Shown: positions 25,916 to 32,603 of the stretch, piece after piece
Position numbering within the stretch: position 1 is the stretch's first letter
Layout: each line of letters opens with the position of its first letter
Position numbers and translations under genes: made by a program
Notes under the pieces: model-generated
Told to the model about the DNA's origin: nothing
The model's input: the letters and a program-made list of their open reading frames with translations, nothing else
Database searches by the model: none
Source: Armatimonadota bacterium
GTDB taxonomy: Bacteria > Armatimonadota > SYMT01
Assembly (NCBI GenBank): GCA_046292385.1
Contig: JBKBRF010000027.1
Span: 62,188 to 94,790, forward strand
Direction: 5' to 3'
DNA length: 32,603 bases

Positions 25916-26859
25916 TGCTCCGCTACCTGGCGAAGCGGCTGGCGGCGGCGGTGGTGACGCTCCTCGGCGTCACGCTGCTCGCGTTCGTGGTGCTCTACCG
26001 CCTGCCGGCCGACCCGGCGGTGGTCATCGCGGGGCCGGTCGGCAGCGCCAACCCGGAGCTGCTCGCCAACATCCGCCGGACCCGCCGGCTCGACCGGCCG
26101 GTGTGGGAGCAGTACGGAACGTTCCTCTCCCAGGTGGCTCGCGGCGACCTCGGCACGTCTTACGTCAGCAATCAGCCGGTCGCGCAAACGATCGCCCGGC
26201 GCCTGCCCGCCACGCTGCAGCTCGCCGTCGCGGGCTGGCTCTGCTGGCTGGTGCTCGGCACCGCCTTCGGAGTCTGGGCAGCAGCGCGCCCGGGCCCGGT
26301 GCGAGACGGCGCGCTGCTCGGCTTCTCGATCCTCGGCGTCTCCACGCCGACCTTCTGGGTCGGCATCCTGCTGCTCTACCTCTTCGTGATCCGTCTCAAC
26401 CTCTTCCCGGCGGGCGGCAGCGGCACGCCGAAGCACCTGGTCCTGCCCACCGCGGCGCTGGCACTCTCGGGCGTCGCCTACTACGCCCGCCTCACCCACG
26501 CCTCGATGCGCGGCGTGCTGGGGGAGGACTTCATCCGCACCGCCGTTGCCAAGGGAGTAACGCCGCTCGGGGTGCTGTTCCGTCACGCCCTGCGGAACGC
26601 GCTGCTCCCGCTGGTCACCGTAGCCGGCGCCGACCTCGCCGCGCTCCTGGGTGGGGTGGTCTTCACCGAGACGGTGTTCGACTGGCAGGGCATGGGCCAG
26701 CTGGCGGTGCAGGCGGTCCGCAGCTCCGACATCCCGGTAATCCTGGGCGTGGTGCTCGTCTCCGCCGCCTTCGTGGTGACCGCCAACCTGGTAGTCGACC
26801 TGCTCTACCCGATCCTCGATCCCAGGATTCGCGCTGGAGGGATGGGCGACGAAGCGTGA
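25915..26859 (+). CDS. Peptide/nickel ABC transporter permease (OppB/DppB-like)
   Basis: MLRYLAKRL, GDLGTS, RLPATLQL, DFIRTAVAKG, HALRNALLP, DLLYPILDPRI; TGATG overlap with the SBP gene. Confidence 0.95.
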   Translation: MLRYLAKRLAAAVVTLLGVTLLAFVVLYRLPADPAVVIAGPVGSANPELLANIRRTRRLDRPVWEQYGTFLSQVARGDLGTSYVSNQPVAQTIARRLPATLQLAVAGWLCWLVLGTAFGVWAAARPGPVRDGALLGFSILGVSTPTFWVGILLLYLFVIRLNLFPAGGSGTPKHLVLPTAALALSGVAYYARLTHASMRGVLGEDFIRTAVAKGVTPLGVLFRHALRNALLPLVTVAGADLAALLGGVVFTETVFDWQGMGQLAVQAVRSSDIPVILGVVLVSAAFVVTANLVVDLLYPILDPRIRAGGMGDEA

Positions 26860-26908
26860 GGAATGAGATCCGCGCGCCGGTCCCGGGCTGCCCCGCGTGC
26901 AGCTCGAG

Positions 26909-27130
26909 CTACCGGCGGGAGAGCCACTGCCACAGCCAGAGGCCGGCGGTGAGGAGCACCGAGATCAGAATGCTGGTGGCGATGGGGAAGTAGACGCGGA
27001 CGTTATTCGTTTCGTATTTGAGGTCTCCGGGCAGTCCCCGGAAGCCGACGCGCCCGAGCGCCCACAGCAAGCCGCCGGCCAGCACCAACACGATCCCCGC
27101 GCCGATCAGCAGCTTCCCCAATCCGGTCAT
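26909..27130 (-). CDS. DUF2905 family small membrane protein
   Basis: GGAGGGG RBS before ATG 27130; GK.LI..G...GLPGD......VYFPIATSILISVLLT. Confidence 0.88.
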   Translation of the reverse strand: MTGLGKLLIGAGIVLVLAGGLLWALGRVGFRGLPGDLKYETNNVRVYFPIATSILISVLLTAGLWLWQWLSRR

Positions 27131-27317
27131 CGCCGTCCCCTCCAGATCCCGTCGCTCCCGTGGAGATGTTACCCACCCTCGAGGGATTGGACGGTGGAGG
27201 ATGCCCGATCCTGGCCGGTGGAGGGATGCCACGGAGCCGCAAGAAACTGTGGGGGGCCTGGAGTCTCCGTATAGAGGTATGGGTGGACCACCGGAGCGGT
27301 CCGCCGGAGTGACCTGG

Positions 27318-30300
27318 ATGCGCTTTATCTATCCCCTCGCCGTTTTTGCGCTGGTGGCGCTTAGCGCCGCGGTCGGCCTGGCGCGCACGGACGGGCCGGA
27401 CTTCTCCCGTGAGGTGCGGCCGATCCTGGCGGCACACTGCTTCAAGTGCCACGGGCCGGACGACCAGCAGCGCATGGGCGGCCTGCGCCTCGACACGCGC
27501 GAGGGGGCGCTGAAGCCGGCGGCGACCGGCAGGCGCGCGGTGGTGCCGGGCAAACCGGAGCAGAGCGAGCTGATCCGCCGCATCTCCCTGACCGAGGGCG
27601 GGATGATGCCGCCGGCCCATGCCAAGATCCCGCTCAGCACGCAGCAGAAGCAGACGCTGCGGCAGTGGGTGGCGGCGGGGGCGCCATACGCGCAGCACTG
27701 GGCATTCGTGGCTCCGAAGCCGGCGCCGGTGCCGCCGGTGAAAGACGCGAAGTGGCCGCGCAACCCGATCGACAACTTCGTCCTCGCCCGCCTCGAAGCC
27801 GCCGGGCTGAAGCCGTCGCCGGAGGCGGACCGGTACACGCTGGTGCGACGAGTCTACCTCGACCTGATCGGCATTCCGCCTACACCGGAGGAGGCCGACG
27901 CCTTCGTGAACGACCGCTCCCCGGACGCGTACGAAAAGCTGGTCGACCGCCTCCTCGCCTCGCCGCATTACGGCGAGCGCTGGGCGCGCCGCTGGCTCGA
28001 CCTGGCGCGGTACGCCGACACGAACGGCTACGAGAAGGACCGCGCCCGCTCGATCTGGCCGTACCGGGACTGGGTGATCAACGCGATCAACCGCGACATG
28101 CCGTTCAACCAGTTCACGGTAGAGCAGCTGGCGGGCGACATGCTGCCGGACGCCACGCTGGAGCAGAAGATCGCGACCGGCTTCCACCGGAACACGATGC
28201 TGAACGAAGAGGGCGGCATCGATCCGCTGGAGTTCCGCTACTACGCGATGGTCGACCGCACCGCGACGACCGGCACCACCTGGCTGGGGCTGACGATCGG
28301 GTGCGCGCAGTGCCACACGCACAAGTACGATCCGATCACCCACCAGGAGTACTTCCAGCTCTTCGCGTTCCTGAACAACGCCAACGAGCCCGAGATCGAG
28401 GTGCCGCGGCCGGAGATCGCCGCTCGCCGCGCGGAGATCGAGACGAAGGTGCGGGAGATGGAGACGGCGCTGCCGGACCGCTTCCCGCCGGCGGAAGGAC
28501 TCACCGGGCGGGCGCACGTGGAGCGGAAGCTCGCCGAGTGGCAGGCCGCCCAGGCGGCAAAAGCGGTGAAGTGGATCCCGCTGCGCCCGGAGAGCGCGAA
28601 GTCCGAAGTGCCGCTGCTGACGGTGCTGGACGACGCCTCCGTCCTGGCGAGCGGCGACCAGACGAAGCGGGACGTCTACGACCTCGGATTCCGCACCGAC
28701 CTCCGCGGCATCACCGCCATTCGCCTGGAGGCGCTGCCGGACGAGCGACTGCCGCGTCGCGGGCCCGGCCGCGTCTACTACGAAGGCCCGCACGGCGACT
28801 TCTTCCTGAGCGAGGTGACCCTCACCGCAGGCGGTCTGCCGGTCAAGATCTCGAAGGCGAGCCACAGCTTCGCCGGCGGAGGCAGCGCCGGCGCCGCGAT
28901 CGACGGCGATCCGCAGACCGGCTGGTCGATCAACGGCGGGCAGGGGAAGGTCCACACCGCGGTCTTCAACCTGGAGGCGCCGCTGGCCGACCCGAAGGAG
29001 CTCTCCCTGCGGCTGCTGTTCGAGCGCTACTACGCCGCCGGCCTCGGCCGCTTCCGGGTCTCCGTGACCACAGACGCGCGCGCCGCCGAGGCGGGCCTGC
29101 CGCCGGAGGTGGAAGCCGCGCTGCTGGTGCCGGAAGGGGAGCGCACCGCGGAGCAGCGGGAGGCGCTGCTGCGGCAGTTCGTCGCCACCGCGCCGGAGCT
29201 GAAGGAAGCGCGGGAGGAGATCGACAGGCTACGCGGGCAGATGCCGAGCCATCCGACCACCCTGGTGATGACGGAGCGGCCGGCGAACAATCCCCGTGCC
29301 ACCTACATGCACAAGCGCGGCGAGTTCCTGCAGCGGCTCGATGCGGTGCAGCCCGCGGTGCCGGCCGTGCTCCATCCGCTCCCGGCGAACGTGCCGCGGA
29401 ACCGGCTCTCCTTCGCGCGCTGGCTGGTCGATCCCCGCAATCCGCTGGTCGGCCGCGTGACGATGAACCGGCAGTGGGCCGCCCTCTTCGGACGGGGAAT
29501 CGTGCGGACGGTGGAAGATTTCGGCCTGCAGGGCGAGTCGCCGACCCATCCCGAGCTGCTCGACTGGCTGGCGCTGGAGTTCATCCGGAAGGGCTGGTCG
29601 ATGAAGCAGATGCACCGGCTGATGGTCACCAGCGCCACCTACCGCCAGTCGTCGGACGTCTCCCCGGCGCTCCTGGCGAAAGACCCGGAGAACAAGCTGC
29701 TGGCGCGAGGCCCGCGGTTCCGCATCGAAGGCGAGCTGATCCGGGACACGGCGCTCACCGTGAGCGGGCTGCTCTCCGAAAAACTCGGCGGTCCCAGCGT
29801 CTTCCCGCCGCAGCCTGCCAGCGTCACCCGAGAGGGCACCTACGGCGCGCTCGAGTGGAAGGTGAGCGAGGGAGAGGACCGCTACCGCCGCGGCCTTTAC
29901 ACCTTTACCAAGCGCACCGCTCCTTACGCGATGTTCATCACGTTCGACGGCACCAGCGGCGAGGCGTGCGTCGCGAGGCGCGAGGTCTCCAACACCCCGC
30001 TCCAGGCGCTGACGCTGCTGAACGACACCGTCTTCGTCGAGGCCTCGCAGGCACTGGGCAGGGACCTCGCGAAGCGCGAGGGCTCGGTCGAGGAACGGGC
30101 CCGCTACCTGTTCCGGCGGTGCGTGGTCCGCCCGCCGGACGCGGAAGAGCTGGCGCAGATCGTCGCCTTCTACCAGGCGCAGAAGGCGCGGCTGGCGAAG
30201 GGCGAGCTGAAAGCGGAGACGATCGCCGGACCCGGAGAAGGCGAGGCAGCCGAGCGCGCCGCGTGGACGCTGACGGCGCGAGCGCTGCTTAATGTGGACG

Positions 30301-30320
30301 AGGTTGTTACCAGGAACTAG
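27318..30320 (+). CDS. Planctomycete cytochrome c (PSCyt1) + DUF1549 + DUF1553 protein
   Basis: GGAG RBS, signal peptide; CFKCH and CAQCH heme motifs; NPIDNF, SPHYGERWARRWLDLARYADT, PTHPELLDWLA, NTPLQALTLLN. Confidence 0.95.
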   Translation: MRFIYPLAVFALVALSAAVGLARTDGPDFSREVRPILAAHCFKCHGPDDQQRMGGLRLDTREGALKPAATGRRAVVPGKPEQSELIRRISLTEGGMMPPAHAKIPLSTQQKQTLRQWVAAGAPYAQHWAFVAPKPAPVPPVKDAKWPRNPIDNFVLARLEAAGLKPSPEADRYTLVRRVYLDLIGIPPTPEEADAFVNDRSPDAYEKLVDRLLASPHYGERWARRWLDLARYADTNGYEKDRARSIWPYRDWVINAINRDMPFNQFTVEQLAGDMLPDATLEQKIATGFHRNTMLNEEGGIDPLEFRYYAMVDRTATTGTTWLGLTIGCAQCHTHKYDPITHQEYFQLFAFLNNANEPEIEVPRPEIAARRAEIETKVREMETALPDRFPPAEGLTGRAHVERKLAEWQAAQAAKAVKWIPLRPESAKSEVPLLTVLDDASVLASGDQTKRDVYDLGFRTDLRGITAIRLEALPDERLPRRGPGRVYYEGPHGDFFLSEVTLTAGGLPVKISKASHSFAGGGSAGAAIDGDPQTGWSINGGQGKVHTAVFNLEAPLADPKELSLRLLFERYYAAGLGRFRVSVTTDARAAEAGLPPEVEAALLVPEGERTAEQREALLRQFVATAPELKEAREEIDRLRGQMPSHPTTLVMTERPANNPRATYMHKRGEFLQRLDAVQPAVPAVLHPLPANVPRNRLSFARWLVDPRNPLVGRVTMNRQWAALFGRGIVRTVEDFGLQGESPTHPELLDWLALEFIRKGWSMKQMHRLMVTSATYRQSSDVSPALLAKDPENKLLARGPRFRIEGELIRDTALTVSGLLSEKLGGPSVFPPQPASVTREGTYGALEWKVSEGEDRYRRGLYTFTKRTAPYAMFITFDGTSGEACVARREVSNTPLQALTLLNDTVFVEASQALGRDLAKREGSVEERARYLFRRCVVRPPDAEELAQIVAFYQAQKARLAKGELKAETIAGPGEGEAAERAAWTLTARALLNVDEVVTRN

Positions 30321-30326
30321 TTCCGG

Positions 30327-30447
30327 GCGGTTGAAACCGCAGCAACCACGGCACGAAGTCCCCCTTCGGGGACTCTGAAGGGCCTGGTTTGGGCGTCCGG
30401 AGGACGCGTGGCCGCAGGCCGAACAGCGAGGTATTTCAATGCCTCGC
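30327..30447. repeat. REP/REPIN-like cluster of short hairpins
   Basis: GCGGT-TGAA-ACCGC; AGTCCCC-CTTC-GGGGACT; GCGTCC-GGA-GGACGC; GCGAGGTAT-TTCA-ATGCCTCGC. The outer hairpins carry inverted TTGAAA/TTTCAA heads. Confidence 0.6.
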
Positions 30448-30534
30448 GGTCCACGGCATCTCGCCTCACCATCCGTTCGTCGTATAAGCATTGATAGACC
30501 GGCTGCGCTTACGCAAAGCCTCCGAGAGAAAGCC

Positions 30535-31977
30535 ATGAATCCCGATAAGCTGCTCCGAATGACGCGACGCCACTTCTTCGACCAGTGCGGCGTGGGGGTG
30601 GGGAAGATCGCGCTCGCCTCGCTGCTGGCGGAGAGCATGGGGCGCGCGGCCGCGGCGGCGCCGGCTCCGGGCGCGGAGAGCCCGCTTGGTCCCCGGGAGC
30701 CGCACTACGCGCCGAAGGCGAAGGCGGTGATCCACCTCTTCATGGCGGGGGCGCCGAGCCAGCTCGATCTCTTTGACTACAAGCCGAAGCTGAAGGAGTA
30801 CGAGGGGAAGCCGATCCCGCCTTCGGTAATCGGCGGGCAGCGGTACGCCTTCATCCGGACGGACGCGGCGGTGCTGGGGCCGCAGTTCAAGTTCGCAAAG
30901 CACGGGCAGTCGGGCGCGGAGCTCTCCGAGATGCTGCCGCACCTGGGCAAGGTGGTGGATGACATCTGCCTGATCAAGTCGGTGACGACCGACCAGTTCA
31001 ACCACGCCCCCGCGCAGATCTTCTGGAACACCGGTTTCTCCCAGCCGGGCCGGCCGAGCTTCGGCTCGTGGGTAACTTACGGCCTCGGCGCCGAGTCGCG
31101 CGACCTGCCGGCGTTCATCGTCATGTCGACCGGCGCCGGGATCAGCGGCGGTGCGGCGAACTGGTCGAGCGGCTTCCTGCCGACCGTCTACACCGGCGTC
31201 CGCTTCCGCAACCAGGGCGACCCGATCCTGAACGTCTCCAGCCCCGAGGGGGTCGACTCGAAGCTGCAGCGCGACTCGCTCGACCTGGTGAAGAGCCTGA
31301 ACGAGCGGCGGCTGGCCCGGGTGGGTGACCCCGAGATCGCCACTCGCATCGCGCAGTACGAGCTGGCGTACCGGCTGCAGACCTCCGCGCCGGAACTGAT
31401 GGACCTGAAGAGCGAGTCGGCGGAGACGCTGAAGCTCTACGGCGCGGACCCCGAGAAAGCCTCGTTCGCACGGGCCTGCCTGCTGGCGCGGAGAATGGTG
31501 GAGCGGGGTGTCCGCTTCATCACGATCTACCACGAGGGCTGGGACGCGCACTCGGACGTGGCCGGCAACCTGCGCGGCAACTGCGGCGCCACCGACCAGG
31601 CCTCCGCGGCGCTGATTACCGACCTGAAGCAGCGCGGGCTGCTGGACGATACGCTGGTGGTCTGGGGCGGGGAGTTCGGGCGCACGCCGATGGTGGAGAG
31701 CAACGCGGCGCTCGGCCGCAGCATGGGCCGCGACCACCACCCGCAGGCCTACACGATGTGGCTGGCCGGCGGCGGGATCAAGCCGGGCGTCACCTACGGC
31801 AGCACCGACGAGCTGGGATTCAACGTCGCCGAGAACCCGGTCCACGTCCACGACCTCCAGGCAACCATTCTGCACCTGCTCGGTCTGGACCACGAGCGGC
31901 TCACCTATCGCTACGCCGGCCGCGACTTCCGCCTCACCGACGTCCACGGCAAGCTGGTCCGCGACATCCTGGCGTGA
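30535..31977 (+). CDS. DUF1501 domain protein with Tat-type signal
   Basis: TRRHFF twin-arginine; [50 protein letters not shown]. Confidence 0.95.
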   Translation: MNPDKLLRMTRRHFFDQCGVGVGKIALASLLAESMGRAAAAAPAPGAESPLGPREPHYAPKAKAVIHLFMAGAPSQLDLFDYKPKLKEYEGKPIPPSVIGGQRYAFIRTDAAVLGPQFKFAKHGQSGAELSEMLPHLGKVVDDICLIKSVTTDQFNHAPAQIFWNTGFSQPGRPSFGSWVTYGLGAESRDLPAFIVMSTGAGISGGAANWSSGFLPTVYTGVRFRNQGDPILNVSSPEGVDSKLQRDSLDLVKSLNERRLARVGDPEIATRIAQYELAYRLQTSAPELMDLKSESAETLKLYGADPEKASFARACLLARRMVERGVRFITIYHEGWDAHSDVAGNLRGNCGATDQASAALITDLKQRGLLDDTLVVWGGEFGRTPMVESNAALGRSMGRDHHPQAYTMWLAGGGIKPGVTYGSTDELGFNVAENPVHVHDLQATILHLLGLDHERLTYRYAGRDFRLTDVHGKLVRDILA

Positions 31978-32000
31978 CCGGCGCCTCCAGGGGAGGAGTC

Positions 32001-32438
32001 ATGGTCGACTTCGAAGAGGCCTACGCTCACCGGCACGAGGCTCGACGGGCGTTCGCCCGCCTTCTTGCGGTGGCGTTCATCCTCTTCGTCGCCACGGCAC
32101 TTGCCGGCGCCTGGCCCCGGTGGCTGCTCTCACCCCTCTTCCTCTACCTCGCCGTGTTGTACGGCCTCGAGTACGTCAACCTGGCACTGCACCATCAGCG
32201 AGAGGACTTCGCGAGATGGAGAGGGATTCATCTCTCGTGTCTTGCGGCTGCTGCTGCTTCGAGCTGGATGCGCGGCGTCGGAATGCCGCCCGTGCGGCAC
32301 GTACGGCCGGCCGCCGGAGGGCGCGATCCCATGCTGGCGCACGCCTTCGTCGAGCCGCGCACACCGGGTGGAGGTGACTTCACTCCGAATGAAGGGCCGC
32401 GCAAGGATACTGTTGGCGAAATCAGCAGGGTAGGATGA
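32001..32438 (+). CDS. Hypothetical membrane protein
   Basis: GGAGGAG RBS before ATG 32001; two hydrophobic segments; the C-terminal third is less protein-like. Confidence 0.5.
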   Translation: MVDFEEAYAHRHEARRAFARLLAVAFILFVATALAGAWPRWLLSPLFLYLAVLYGLEYVNLALHHQREDFARWRGIHLSCLAAAAASSWMRGVGMPPVRHVRPAAGGRDPMLAHAFVEPRTPGGGDFTPNEGPRKDTVGEISRVG

Positions 32439-32573
32439 TTACCGGGTATCGAGCACTCCGGCGGGATTCCCCTAGCGGGGAAGCGGTGGCTTGTGTCACA
32501 CGCTGTAAAGTTACGCCGCTGGTGGCGCAGGAAGGTTTTGCCGCATCGCTCGCTTGCGCGAAGGAGGCCGGGG

Positions 32574-32603
32574 ATGCGCTACCTGCAGGCCCACGATCCG
32601 CTC
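32574..32603 (+). CDS. Start of an unidentified CDS, truncated by the window end
   Basis: AAGGAGG at 32561-32567, then ATG and 10 open codons (MRYLQAHDPL). Confidence 0.45.
   Translation, partial: MRYLQAHDPL

Overview
High-GC bacterial chromosomal segment. The 'FPVFAQ' DUF1559 prepilins, CRTAC1/TPR genes and DUF1549/DUF1553 + DUF1501 pair suggest Armatimonadota or a PVC-like lineage; this is inferred from gene content only. About 30 CDS are supported. In order: a GT2/MraY-like pair, two S26 signal peptidases, a sigma54-driven membrane HD-GYP-GAF-GGDEF protein, CutA, Hsp20, a uronate-dehydrogenase-like SDR, a five-gene envelope operon (CRTAC1/ASPIC-UnbV, small TM protein, DUF1559 prepilin, TPR, LolA-like), a four-gene sugar redox/isomerase operon, ApbE, SpoIID/LytB, an ATPase-less Opp/Dpp-type ABC cluster, DUF2905, and a planctomycete-type cytochrome c with DUF1501. 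No rRNA, tRNA, CRISPR array or transposase was recognised. The most notable signals are the pilin-like envelope operon, two long palindromic elements built from periodic repeats inside the sugar operon, a structured RBS-occluding leader on the first DUF1559 gene, and two small membrane ORFs below the ORF-track size limit. All family calls come from motif recognition by eye, not database searches.
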